Source of the DNA: Octopus vulgaris
Taxonomy: Eukaryota
Direction of reading: 5' to 3'
Length of the DNA stretch: 64,000 nucleotides
Assembly (NCBI GenBank): GCA_951406725.2
Contig: OX597818.1
Coordinates: 34,720,001 to 34,784,000 of the forward strand
Shown here: positions 1 to 13,754 of the stretch, piece by piece
Numbering within the stretch: position 1 is the stretch's first letter
Layout: the number at the start of each line of letters is the position of its first letter
Program-made: the position numbers and the translations under genes
The notes under the pieces: model-generated
Told to the model about the DNA's origin: nothing
The model's database searches: none
Seen by the model: the letters and a program-made list of their open reading frames with translations, nothing else

Positions 1-185
1 AACAAAAGCATAGCAGGTGTTGGGTAGAGAAAATCCAGAGCACTATCACTTCGATGATGAAGGACTAGGGAAAGTGTTACTACTGTTGTTGTTTAACCCA
101 AGCCAGATCTGCTCCAGTAGATTTTGTAACCATTCCATTATTGTGTGTAGCAATTACTATACTGTGCAACATGTCCTTTCTTTAA

Positions 186-405
186 CCCTTTCGTTACAGT
201 ATTTATTTTCAGATGCTCTGTGTTTCTTTCAATTACTTTAAATATATCAAAGAATTTAGTAAAATAACTTAGTTATCATTCCGCTAGTGATAGGAATATA
301 AATTGTGACTAAGGTTTGGTGGAAGATTTTAATTCAAAACTTATGGAAACAAGACATTTGTACTTAGAGCCAGCACCGGTTTTAGCCGGGTTGGTAACGA
401 AAGGG
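186..405. mobile_element. piggyBac-like MITE
   Basis: TTAA|CCCTTTCGTTAC ... GTAACGAAAGGG|TTAA: perfect 12-bp TIR with CCC termini and TTAA target site; no coding capacity. Confidence 0.8.
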
Positions 406-1942
406 TTAAAGCATCAGAATGGGATTTAGGAGATTTGACTGTTATTTCTTGAGGCTCCTACAATCATATAGAAGCCCCCTTGTTTACTTTTGGAAATGTG
501 TTTTGTGGAGTTTCCCTGTGGCGAGAGACAAGGTAGTGGGAAGAAGAAGAAGAAGAGAGAGAGAGAGATAAACTTTAATGGAGCTAGTTCAGAAAAACAA
601 AAGCCATTGTATTGCCGGTAGAAGAGAGTAGAAACCAGGCTGATGGTTGTAATCCTTTGGTTGCAATCTAGGCTATCTATGGTTGCAACAGAAACACTGT
701 TTCATATTCAGATTTTAATTGATTTTTGTTTTTACATGCCATTAGTCTATTTTACTGATAAATATTTTATCATTAAAGATGCTTAAATATTAAACCATGT
801 TACAATGTGCTAGTCACTTACCTGATTTTGTGTAAACAGAGTTATTCATACATAAAAGATTGATTCTGTTAGCTTCAGAAATAGAGAAATTAGGAATTAT
901 GATTGTCGTTATTTCTCCAAGCATATTAGTACTGGTCTGTGTAAAATGTAAATAGTTATAACCAGCTATCAAACCAAGGTTTGATACCTGGTTATCCTTG
1001 ATTTATAGGGAGCTTGATTCATCAGCTGCTTATCCCTTAATCTTTAGGATATGCCAAAAATAATTTTAACAAATGAATAACGACTTTACTATCAAACTGT
1101 GTGGATATTATTTAGAGTTACAATGTTGTAAAAAATCATTTTGGTGGTGTTCAATGTGATTTTAGACTTCATCAAAAATACTTAGATTAATTGTGGGAGA
1201 ATGTGTAGTTCTGGAGAAAATTAGTCTGATTCATAGCTGATCTTCCATTTTGTCTAATTATTTACTATTCATTTCTTTTCTTTTTATCATTGGCATGAAA
1301 TGAAATGAAGTGTGCAAAATCTATTTGTTATGTAGAAACAGATTGGCTTGCTCCCACTAATCCAACAGATTGATGTACTAAATATGAACTGACTTTTGTT
1401 ACATTTTGTATGCCTATGTAGTCTGCAGAATTAAGTTGATTTTTGTTGCCAAAAGAATCTATATTATTAATTTCCTTTTGAATTTCTCCGTGTTTTTGTG
1501 ATTTTATCTTTGCTTTATATTCTGGGTCTACAAAATTGACTTCACATTATAGTTTCAAAATAACTTGAATCAGTTTTATTCAGGTCAGGAAAAGTAAATA
1601 ACAGAACATTGAAGAAGTAAATAAAACAAAGTAAAAAGGAATGAATTCTAAAGCAATCTAGGATTACTAACTGTGGTGTTAAATAACATAAGTTTTTTGG
1701 TATAAACAATTGTGCTATTCTACCACAATTTTCTCCATAACATCTCTAAGTAATACAGCTAATTATATTTACATTCGTTTTTCAACTTACCATTGTTTAT
1801 CTTAATAGTAATGTTACTTGGTAGATCACTGTTCCAGAGACTTCATAATTTATATACATACATTTTTTATCATTTCTTAATGTTTATAATTAATGATTAT
1901 TATTTTTTTTAGTGCTTAACAATTTATTATTGATGCTTAAAC

Positions 1943-2295
1943 ATCAGTTTCTTACAACCCTTACAACCCTTATGAGCTCCTTTATGATACATAGCTGCTG
2001 TGAATTTGTCAGTGGGGCACTTTATGCTGTAGATTTGTGGGTCTCAATCGGGCTCCACATGACCCTTGAGGATCCATATAAGATTTTGTTTTAAAGTCTA
2101 TCTTCAGTAAATTGGTTATACTTCTACAATACACAAAATATTTTAACAATTTTTTTTTTATACAATTCCTAATAATATTTAATTATAAAAATATGATAGG
2201 ATTTTTTAATCATTGAATGACTAGAGAATCCAGCCAAGTAAAACTGGAATCAAATGGGGTCCACAGGCTAAAAAAAAACTGGCCAAGAATCACTG
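1943..2295. mobile_element. Degenerate hAT (Charlie-like) MITE
   Basis: Right end ...aagaatcactg followed by gtctagat (NTCTAGAN-type target); left end degenerate; similar ggggtccaca-containing copy at about 42066-42360. Confidence 0.4.
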
Positions 2296-4221
2296 GTCTA
2301 GATGAGCAGTAGCACTCTTGCATCTTAGTTGATTAGTTAGTAGTGTTCATTTACAATTTTTGCTTGTACTGACTTCACAATTCAACAGAAACAAAAGAAA
2401 TTATTTTTTACCCACAATATTTACTTTATCTGTGCTATTAGAGGGGGAAATATGGAGGGAAATAAAATATATTATTGCCAAATATTCATTATTGTCATAA
2501 TCATTTTAAATCCACTTTCTATGTTGGTGTGCATTAGATAAGTTGTCAACAGTTCATCTAAATCAGTGCTATTCATTTAGGTAAAAATGCAGTGACATAT
2601 GTATGGGCTAAAACTACAGAAAATGAAAGATAAATGTTGGCCTATAATATATATTGCAAGTATGTAAGAATGGGACATCTGGGAGTATGTTCTTGCTGAT
2701 AAAGGAGTTCTTTAAAGGTATTTCCAAACTGAGGTTGCTGACCCCATGGCAGTAATTTCCAAGGAAGCACATCATAAAAAGCTTTCCAGAACTTGTGGTG
2801 AGAATAGAGCTGGTGACTGCATTAGGGAGCAGAAGCAATCTCCTTTTTAAAACTTCCTGACTGTAGAAGGAATTTTTGGAAAACCATAGAACATACAAAA
2901 TTGTTTATGAGTAGATATATGTTAAATAGACAAAGAGGGGTAAAAGGTTTAATTGAGGCCTTCAGCAGAGAAATTTTTAATGACTGCTAAATGGTAGAGC
3001 ACATTTAAGCTATGAGGGGAAAGATTTTTAAATCAGAAAATTGTATATAATATGAAAAATCATCCACTAGCACATGTATTCTGAACAAGTAAATTCAAGA
3101 AACCTAATTGTACCTTCTCTTACTGTGTATTAATATGCAAATACTATTACCCATTTTAGAATTACCTGAAAGTATAAAATCCTACACTGCATGTTGCTTG
3201 TGCTGTATGTTCTTGTTCAGAACATGTTGTTCTATGATGGGCTTGGAACATATTTCTGAACTAAGTGTAGATAGTATCTTTGTGGTATCTAATACATGCA
3301 AAGGATTCTTGAAAGCCAATGTTATGTTATAAATTACGTAGAAAGCTTCAATTCTACTTTGTTGTTGCTGACATAGAAGATGTCATACCACAGAAATTCA
3401 TTATTTTATAGCTGAGAGTGATCACACTCAGGAGTATGATAGGTCAATGTATTGTGACTTCTTTTATGCTGCGCAGTAAGTGAAGAAAGAAATTTTATTA
3501 CTTTCACAGACTGATGATGCAGCTGATCACTTATCTTTTATTTAGAATTGTGCAGAATGAAAATTGATATGTTTGCAATCCTTTGTTTTTTGTTTTTTTT
3601 GTAGTAAGGAGTGAAAAAAGATCGTCATTTCTACATCCACCCTCCATGCTGGCATATGGTTGGTCTGGTCATCAAGTGCTCTGAGTCATTTGCTTTTGGG
3701 AGCCACTGCTCATAGACTGGTGTTCATTTATGACATTTTCACTCAGTTTCACGATTGGATGTCCTTCCCAATGCCAGCCATTTTACAGAGAATGCTAGAT
3801 GCATTTTCTCTGGTACTAGCATGAGAGAGACTTAAATCTTCAAGAAGACAGGACCAAAGGAGATCTCACAACCCTCTGCATTTGTTTGCCATATTTGATG
3901 GCAAATGAGCAGAGAAAACATATAAAATAACCTACAATAGATTTTCTTACTACTCTGCTTCTATACCTGTGAATAGTGAAGTTTTAAGAAGAAAGTAAGA
4001 TAATGTTATTTAAAATACAAAATAAGGTGGTAATCTTATAGTGTTTAGGAATGGATTTAATGCTTAAAAGTTGTTCATACAGGATTTAGATACATTGAAT
4101 GAGTAATTAAAAAAGATATTTTAGTGCCTCTATACGGTGTAATGTTTCAGAGTAAATGCAGATGACACTGCATTGTAAAACATGGTGCAGTGAAAAAGAG
4201 ATTTAAAACAAATAATATATA

Positions 4222-4382
4222 CTATATTTTAACATGTGTAAGGAACCCTTTTTAGTCAAAGATTAGGTTAAAATGTGTGGGAATTTCATATACATGGATA
4301 GTAATATAATCCCTTATAAAACTTTTTTTCTAAATTTTAAGCCCCAAAAATTAAAGGGTTCCTTATACACATTAAAATACGG
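4222..4382. mobile_element. Tc1/mariner-superfamily (pogo/Tc2-like) MITE
   Basis: TA|ctatattttaacatgtgtaaggaacccttt ... aaagggttccttatacacattaaaatacgg|TA: about 30-bp imperfect TIR with CCGTATTT-type end and TA TSD. Confidence 0.7.
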
Positions 4383-6334
4383 TATATCACAGTAATTTTA
4401 AATAGAAAAATACTGCATAAAAAAGAAGGTATAAAAGCAAGATGATATCACTGTACTACAATTAAACAAACAAGCCATGAATTCTTGTATAGTTAGGAAG
4501 CCGATACAGATAAAATATGAAATAGTTTCATTGCATAATCCAGTTAATGTTTCAATTTGGCTGTAATGCTTTCAACTGTATAAATATATAACGATTTAGT
4601 TTCAGATCCAAAGTTAGTGCAAATTACATTCTTTTACTGGTTTCAGCCATCAGACTGTGACCATGCTGGGGCACTTCAGGGGGTTTCATAAATTACATTG
4701 AACTCTAGTCTGGTACTTATTACATCAACCTCGTGAGGTGAAAAAAGAAAGCTGATTACGGTTGGAACAGAAATGAAACCAAATACTACATTTAGTTTTA
4801 CTTGGCTGTACTTGTATGTGCATGGTATATGTGTGCACATGTATCTGTGTATACAGTGTAGACCAAAAGTCATGCACAAAATAAGTTCAGTATACTCTGG
4901 AATTTTCAAAAACATGATTCAATTTTCCTAAAATTGAATACAATAACTAAGATAATGATGAATATGTATACGATGAACAAAATAAATAACAACAGCATAA
5001 TATAAATAACATGTCAAATGTTTTGGTGCATGACTTTTGGCCCTCACTATACACACACACTCACCCTCTACTTTTCCAACACATCTAATGAGATTCCACA
5101 CAGATATCTGTTCACTAAATTTCTCTCAGAAGTCTTTGGTTGATTTGAGACTAGTGTAGAAGAAACTTGCCCTAGATGACATTCAGAAGGATTGAACCTG
5201 GAAGTGTTGTGATTACAACACTTACCTATACTGCAATGCCTACACCAACATAGCAACATTTGTGTATTTGAAATTCATAAAGTTTATGAAGAAGAACTCA
5301 TTTGAATATTTTATAATGCTCAATGTAGAATCATGCTTAGGATATAAATTTTTAGCTTTGAAACTTTAATCACTGACCTATGAAACGAAGGCTATTTTAC
5401 TTGTAACATATATCATTAAGTAGTTACATAAATAGAGAACCAAAGAAAAAAATAACTTTTGGAAGTCATATCTTGCTAGAGTAACCCATTCTCATATCTC
5501 TTAATAGATATATAAAACAAGTCTTTGTTGATTTGAAAACTTGAGTATTTAAATTTTGAATATATATCTTCTCCCCCATCCCACACATGTATGCTAGCAT
5601 GGGCTGAATGGTTTGACAAGATCTGATGAGGTGCAGGCCTATGTCACTCTAATGTCAGCTTTGGGATGGTTTCAATAGCTGGATGACCTTTCTAATGTAA
5701 ACCACATTACAGTGTGTACTCAATACTTTTTTCATAACACTGACATGATACTTGATTATTTCACTAACAGCAGTGTCACAAAAAAAAAAGCAGGTAGTAT
5801 ACACTGTAAAGTGGTTGGTGTTAGAAAGGACATCCAGCTGTAGAAATGATATGAAACCTGAGACTGGTGTTTGATGCAGTCCTGTGGTTTGTCAGATCTC
5901 CTAAAATCATCCAACCCATGCCAGCATGGAAAAGAGGTATGAAATGATTATGAAAAACTATTATATTATATATTTTCTTCATACTTGAATGATTAGTGTT
6001 AAGAGGTGTATGAAGTTATAAAATACCTGCTCCAAAAATGCATGCAATATTCTGATTTATAAGAACCATACATGCAACATTAGAAATAAAACCTGTAAGA
6101 AATTAGAAACGAGTCTTTGTTGTATGTACCCACTTCTAAAAGCATGGTAGTTAGCTAGTTGTTTGAGGACAAAAAGTGGGTATTGTTGTTTTCTCCAGAG
6201 ACTTTGATCTACTTAAGTAGATATTAATTCCATTATCAAAGACTGTTTTGTATAGTTTTCACAAAGGTCAAATAAATTAAGCTTTGTATATATTAAGTTT
6301 TTATTTTTGAAATATTTTGATATATATATGTATA

Positions 6335-6739
6335 GCGCAGGAGTGGCTGTGTGGTAAGTAGCTTGTTTACCAACCGCATGGTTCCGGGTTCAGTCCCACT
6401 GCGTGGCACCTTGGGCAAGTGTCTTCTACTATAGCCTCGGGCTGACCAAAGCCTTGTGAGTGGATTTGGTAGAGGGAAACTGAAAGAAGCCTGTCGTATA
6501 TATGTATATATATGTATATGTATGTGTGTGTTTGTGTGTCTGTGTTTGTCCCCTTAGCATTGCTTGACAACCGATGCTGGTGTGTTTACGTCCCCGTTAC
6601 TTAGCGGTTCGGAAAAAGAGACCAATAGAATAAGTACTGGGCTTACAAAGAATAAGTCCTGGGGTCGATTTGCTCGACTAAAGGCGGTGCTCCAGCATGG
6701 CCGCAGTCAAATGAGTGAAACAAGTAAAAGAGTAAAAGA

Positions 6740-6740
<1 letters not shown>
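6335..6740 (+). mobile_element. tRNA-derived SINE, major family, full length
   Basis: A-box tggctgtgtgg, B-box gggttcagtccc, CORE-like accttgggcaagtg, internal (TA)/(TG) tract, 3' tail ...ccagcatggccgcagtcaaatg...gtaaaagag; many copies in window. Confidence 0.9.
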
Positions 6741-6779
<39 letters not shown>

Positions 6780-7023
6780 TTAAATAATGAGGGAGATAAA
6801 TTGAATATTAATTTAATTAATATCAATTTAAAACCAGTAGCCTAGCATATAAAAAATCTGAAAAATCAGAAAAAATTTCAATGCATGTGTGTATTTAGGG
6901 TTAAACCACTAGGTTTGTTCTGGTGTTCACTGAATTTTCCCTGGAGAACGTACTTTCTTTGTAGTTAGATCGTATGTGATCTTCTTCTAGCATATGGTTA
7001 TCCACCTAGTGGTTTAACCCTAA

Positions 7024-7073
<50 letters not shown>

Positions 7074-7268
7074 GTTGGGGAGACAAACACAGACAAACAA
7101 ACATATGCACACATATATATATATATACATACATACATATATACGACGGGCTTCTTTCAGTTTCCGTCTACCAAATCCCCTCACAAAGCTTTGGTCGGCC
7201 TGAGGCTATAGTAGAAGACACTTGCCCAAGGTACCACGCAGTGGGACTGAACCTGGAACCATGTGGTT

Positions 7269-7270
<2 letters not shown>
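7074..7270 (-). mobile_element. Partial SINE, major family, inverted
   Basis: Reverse complement of part of the 6335-6740 copy (about 6370-6560). Confidence 0.85.
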
Positions 7271-7309
<39 letters not shown>

Positions 7310-8370
7310 AATATTTTATAATTACGGGTATAATTATAATTAGGGTTCAGCAAAGATTTGCTTTACCACCTACCAAAGTTTAGAAATAGCAGCCAAAGAA
7401 CCTTAGCTATTTCTTCTACTATAAGAAGAGACTCCCGGACAAAACAAATATATATATATTTATTTACATATTGATTTCTTTCACAGTTTCAACTGAGTAT
7501 TTAGAATAGCTATGGACTGTATGTATAGTCACAAGACAACAATGTTTCATTGTATATCTCTACATCATAGTTAAGGATGGTGCTGTAAAAGAAATCCATA
7601 GATTTGTCTCTAGTATAGCAAAACAAATGTAAAAACAACATTTTAATAATACTGATTATGACATTGTAGTTAATATATAAATGTCTATCTTTCTTATGCT
7701 ACAATGGCTTGTGGGATGAATGGGTGGCAGAGCTGTCCACTAGAAAGAATGCTAAACTATTATAAGAATTAGGTACAGATAAACACCTTATTGAAGGACA
7801 TACTAGTTCTATATAAACCTACAAACACATAGGTAATATCTGTAAAACGATCTTGTATGGCAGTCTTTGAATGTCTCAGTTATGTAAAAATATAGTTCTG
7901 TGATATCTATATCTGTTTAAAACTATTCCTATCTATTACCAGTGTTTTTGTAATTATTGTAAAATGTTTTGGCTCTTAATTTGATATAGCATAACTGGTA
8001 AGAATATTGAAATTCTTCTTGAGAAATATATGTTCAAATCTTGCCAAAGGCTATGTGGATATGTAGGATTAAAGTGTTTAAAGATGACTTAATTTAAGTG
8101 TACTTGTAATAGAGTATAAATAAAAACAAAAACATAACTTGTTAAAACATAATAAAGTCTGATTTAATTTGGTTAAGTTTTATAGCCTAATGTGTATCTT
8201 TTAAAGCTATATTCTTTCATTTGGTTATCGTACTGCTGTAAACATTTAGTTATAGCCTCCATCATCACCATCCTCTACTAGATACAGTATTGTATAGCTC
8301 CATGTAGGATTCAACTTGCTAGAATTTTAGACAAGCGCCTGCTACAGATGGAAACTGAAAGAAACTTGTA

Positions 8371-8732
8371 GGAGTGGCTGTGTGGTAAGTAGCTTGCTTA
8401 CCAACCACATGGACCGGGTTCAGTCCCACTGCGTGGCACCTTGGGCAAGTGTCTTCTACTATAGCCTTGGGCCAACCAAAGCCTTGTGAGTGGATTTGGT
8501 AGACGGAAACTGAAAGAAGCCCGTCATATATATGTATGTGTATATATATATATATGTGTGTGTGTGTTTATCTCCCCAACATCGCTTGACAACCGATAGT
8601 GGTGTGTTTACGTCCCCGTAACTTAGCGTGTCGGCAAGAGAGACCGATAGAATAAGTCCTGGGGTCGATTTGCTCAACTAAAGGTGGTGCTCCAGCATGG
8701 CCACAGTCAAATGACTGAAACAAGTAAAAGAA
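8371..8732 (+). mobile_element. tRNA-derived SINE, major family
   Basis: Same head, core and tail as 6335-6740. Confidence 0.9.
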
Positions 8733-9352
8733 TATATAAATGTAAGATCCAGGGATCAAAGTGTAGGAAGAAAGTTAGCTTCAAGCAATCCATAGTAAAT
8801 ATAAAAAACAACTTTTAGGGACAATAGTGGTTTATTGAGATGGAAGGTTGTGGATTTTTTCTGTATCAAAGTACAATAAACTGAAAAAAGTTGGTAGGTG
8901 ACAGGCACATTTTTTTCTTTCCTATTGATAAAAAATATTTCCTCACCCTCTTCCCTCCACATTATCTTTTTTTTTTAAATACCACTCCCTTTGCTAATTT
9001 CTGTGATTTAGCCAAAACAGCCCTATTGAATACTACCAATCAAATGACCTTACTTTAACTCCTCATTCCTCTCACTCCCTTATATTTTCTTCTTTTTTCC
9101 TTCTTTTAATGCTTATTTCACTCTACATTTATATTCTTCTCTCCTACTGTGCTCTCTACACATTCTGATTGAATCTTTCATGTATTAACATGTACCTCCT
9201 TGTGACAATGTAGACTTTTATTGAATCAAGATATCCTTGGCCTGTGGAGTAGCCTTTGATATACACCTCGCTTGGATATTTACCACTTCTGGGGTTCTGC
9301 TCACTATGAAACATACGTAGCCTGGATCTTATCTACTCCATTCTATAACTCT

Positions 9353-9396
<44 letters not shown>

Positions 9397-9452
9397 TGTT
9401 CGTTTGTTTTCCACCTGCCTTCGTCTTTTGTTTATTTTCATAAAGCTTCCCG

Positions 9453-9488
<36 letters not shown>

Positions 9489-9586
9489 AATATCTGCCAG
9501 ACTGTCAGATGTTATACATTGGTCGCAATGTGCCTTGCATTGTTTTAACTTTTGAATAATGTCATCCTACTGGCTAGGCAGTCAGG

Positions 9587-9631
<45 letters not shown>

Positions 9632-9960
9632 TAGATAGATAGATACACATATGTGTTTATGTGTCTTGACATCATGAGATGCTTGCAAATGAGATCATTG
9701 TCAATACAAGTGATGCTGTTTATTTCTAGTCTTCCCTGAAAAACAAGTCTGGCTATAGGGAAATATTACCTTACTTGGAAACAGGTGAGGGTTATAAAAA
9801 AAATGTGCCTTAACAGATTCCATCTAACCTGTGCAAGCATGGAAAAGAGGACATTAGATGACAATAGCAATGACGATAATAATTTATATAAAAAAGTAAA
9901 ATCAAAATTTGCTCATTACTAGGGCTGACTGTTGATAGTATTAATCATGTTCCTTACATT

Positions 9961-10340
9961 TCTTTATATATATAAACGGCAAAATGTCTGCGTGTGTGTC
10001 CTTTATACAAATCCACAATTTTTCAGTTAGAGGGCTCGCACTTTCTATGGTCATTCAAAACCGTCCAAGGGTGGTCGTGCACATCTTTACATTTCCCCAG
10101 GCACCCCGCAAAGCCATTAAAAAATCAATAGTAGTGACTTTTTTGTGAATTTTCTATCCCAAACCCAATCAAAATGCCCGAAACTTGATACGCCAATTGA
10201 ATGCTAGCTAGCTGTATGTGATTGGTCGGAGATTTGGACACTACTCACGTTTATGTGCACATGCATGCAGCTATATATGCATGCAGCTATATATGCATGC
10301 ACTAGCACTATGACCCGGCGTTGCTGGGTCATAGTGCTAG
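9961..10340 (+). mobile_element. Non-autonomous Helitron-like element
   Basis: Begins TCTTTATATATATAAA; ends with GC-rich hairpin gacccggcgttgctgggtc then ...gtgCTAG|T; no TIR/TSD; CpGs retained (young); internal 16-bp tandem atgcatgcagctatat. Confidence 0.7.
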
Positions 10341-11769
10341 TAATAAATAAGCTTCTATCATAGAATATCATTGGCATTAATATATGTTTTGTTGGAAATT
10401 TGTTTTAAAGACTGGAGATTAAAATAAATGTTTAATTTCATAAGGTAAAAGAGAACTGAAATCGTGTTTTACTTACCAAGCAAGTACATTCTTCTTCTAT
10501 CTACATAGTAAATGCAAATAGAATTGAATTTTCTTTTTATTTAGATTTTATATAGCTCCATGGCATTTTAGTTTGAAAATTTTTTGGTTAAGTTTGAATA
10601 ATTTGTTTGTGACTGTTAGTGTTCCGGCTCTAAAGTATCATGAACGGTTCATGATTTCTGGAACTTTTGCAAGTATTTTTCTATGCACAGATCTTAAATA
10701 TAGGCAGAGTGGATTCTATAAAACAAAATTTCACTGGATATATAAAGTGAAATCAGATAGTCTTCTGGAGTAAAGTATATTGCAACGTCATTGACATTAA
10801 TGGAATGTTGCTGTAGCAGATTTGTCATTTCAGCTAAAGATAGAGTTTACTGTGATAACATTAAGTAAAGTTTTGCTTGGAGCAGATATTCTCATGAATT
10901 TAAGTGAAAGCAAATTAAAATATATGCATCATGTTAAACATTTATGCTGTTGACTAATCCATGGTCAGCCCTTAGTGAGTAGGTTTCTCACATGTAAAGT
11001 ACAATCCATAACTCTGGATATGCTAAACCTGTGTGTGGTGAGGATCATACTGCACACTCTGATTTGTAGTCATTGTTATTATTTAGTTCTTGACCAGACC
11101 TATTCAATTTGACCTATGGTCAAAGTATTTCTGATTGTGACTATCCTGCTTTTCTCCTTCTTCACAAAGAGTAGCTATTATCTAATATGCCCTTCCATTT
11201 CTTAAGTTGTCAGAGTGTGATTTAAGAGAAATTAACTGCTATCTCTATTTCTCTATTGGGTAAACCAATTACATGAAGGCTCTCTTCTCAACCTATTATT
11301 TATGGTTGTATTTGCTGTGGTTACAATCTGAATATGCTCTTTATTGCCCAGTATGTTTCTGTCTGCCTGCCTATTGTTATTTAGCATTTTAAGCAATCCT
11401 TTTCCAGAAGGTTTATGAGCAAAGGCATTCAAGCTGTAAACAATGTCTTTTCTATCGATATGTTGGACCAATATGTTCTTTATTTAAAATGTTAGAGTAT
11501 AATATGGAGAAAATTTGGTTTCTATTTCTAGCAGATATGAATGATTATGTTGATGTTTCTATCTATAGATTTTGATAGCGTTCATAATGAAGACAGACAT
11601 TTTGTTTTGTTTAATTAGCTCTTTTGTTAAATCAAGCTCTGGTAGTCCAAATTGTAGAGATTCAAATTTAGGTTCTTTATTTTGTCTTCTTCATTGTTTT
11701 ATGCTTCTGATGTTAAGCCTTACTGTGGTCTGTCATCTGTCAATGGGATAGTGAAATAAATGTCATATA

Positions 11770-11938
11770 GGCGCATGAGTGGCTGTGTGGTAAGTAACTT
11801 GCTTACCAACCACATGGTTCCGAGTTCAGTCCCACTGCGTGGCACCTTAGGCAAGTGCCTTCTACTATAGCCTCAGACTGACCAAAGCCTTGTGAGTGGA
11901 TTTGGTAGACGGAAACTGAAAGAAGCCCGTCGTATATA

Positions 11939-11982
<44 letters not shown>

Positions 11983-12206
11983 TGTGTGTGTATATGTTTG
12001 TTTGTCTGTGTTTGTCCCCCCAACATCGCTTGACAACCGATGGTGGTGTGTTTACATCCCCGTAACTTAGCGGTTTGGCAAAAGAGACCGATAGAATAAG
12101 TACTAGGCTTACAAAGAATAAGTCCCGGGTCGATTTGCTCGACTAAAGGCAGTGCTCCAGCATGGCCACAGTCAAATGACTGAAACAAGTAAAAGAGAGT
12201 AAGAGT
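11770..12206 (+). mobile_element. tRNA-derived SINE, major family, full length
   Basis: Same structure as 6335-6740. Confidence 0.9.
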
Positions 12207-12927
12207 ACTAGATTGAGACAAGTTGCCTCTTACCTAGTTCTCCCTAAAGACAATGTATTTCAAAATATTTACTTCATTGTAGTTATAGAACCTTTGTCAT
12301 GGAGCAACAGTAGAATGAGAAAAATATATGTGTATGTAAGTAGAAAAGACCATATGAAACAAAAACTTAGTAAAAATAATTTATACCTGTTCCACTAAAT
12401 TGATTTCTTTGAATGATGTAGCAGTTTGCTACCTTAACATCAAACTTATGTGTATTTTCACAAGATCAGTCATATCATATGTTTCAGTATTGTCTTTTTA
12501 TGACATACTACACATCTCAATTACCTAATTTTGGTAAGGAAAGTTGCATGCAGATAGTTGTTAATGTTTAGATTGTTAACAAGATATTGTGTTATCATTG
12601 TTATTTCTCATCTTCACAAAATAATTTCAAGGTAAGCAGCTTTGAAAACTCACAAAAATATGTCTTCACTGAAAAACCCAATTTGTTTAAATGGCTTCTT
12701 TTAATGAAAATGAATATGAATCTGATAGTGTCCTATTATCCTATGTTCAATAATTGCTTCACGATTTTTTGTTTATTGTCTGTTGTTCGATGTAAATATT
12801 GGTAGATTTATTTTCTATTTGCACATGTTTCATACAAACTAGTTTTCTAATTTTTAAAAGTTTTATTATTGAGCACTTCCAACGATATTTATATATAAAA
12901 GGCAGTACAATGACCGAAACCAGTATA

Positions 12928-13051
12928 AGTGTGTGTGTGTGTGTGTACATACATACATACATACATACATACATACATACATGCATGCATGCATGCATAC
13001 ATACATACATACATACATACATACATACATACATACATACATACATACATA
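12928..13051. repeat. (GT)n + (CATA)n compound microsatellite
   Basis: Seen directly; source of spurious MYVC/HTYI ORFs. Confidence 0.95.
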
Positions 13052-13754
13052 CCTTAAAGTAAGTTCCAATCCTGTCGGCATTGTTTTTATTTTCTAAAAA
13101 TTTGGATAAGCTGATATTATTGGAGTTAACTTCCTTGCATACTGTTTTTAGATTTTGAACACTCCCAGGAGAGGGAGTGTTTGTCTTCTAATTGCTAGAA
13201 TAATCTCAATTAATTGCTGTTTTACAAATCACCATATTGCACTACATATATGAGACTACCATATATATATATATATATATTAATTGTAAATCCTGCTTAA
13301 TTTGGATGTATTGTCTTGAATACCATAGGCTGCAGTATTTGTCCTGACAAATCATCTTGTATAAATGTTAAATGCTAAAAAAGCACAGATCATATCAGCA
13401 GACAAAGTTTTGTCAGTACTGGTAGACAAGACATAATTTCAGTGTATCACATGATTTCAGTGTAATTTGTACTTCATCAGCAATAGACTGTTTTGTCAGT
13501 GTTAAACTATATTGATGAATTTTTGATCTGGCATTTGGTGGGGAGGTGTCCATTGCTGATGAAGAGCAAATTATACTGAAATCATGTGATACCACAATCA
13601 TATTCATCAGTGTTAACAAAATTTTGTCTAGCAATTGTGCTTTTTAGCTCTTAACATCTATTCATGATGATTTCTCAGGACAATGACTACAGCCTGTGGC
13701 ATTCAAAACAACACATCCAAGTTAAGTTGATTGTGCAAATCAATCAATCAGTCA

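Noticed and set aside
12759-13081. ORFs with MYVC/HTYI, YIYI or HTHT repeats (also at 9272, 17761, 27061 and others)
   Set aside because: Translations of (CATA)n, (TA)n and (CA)n microsatellites.
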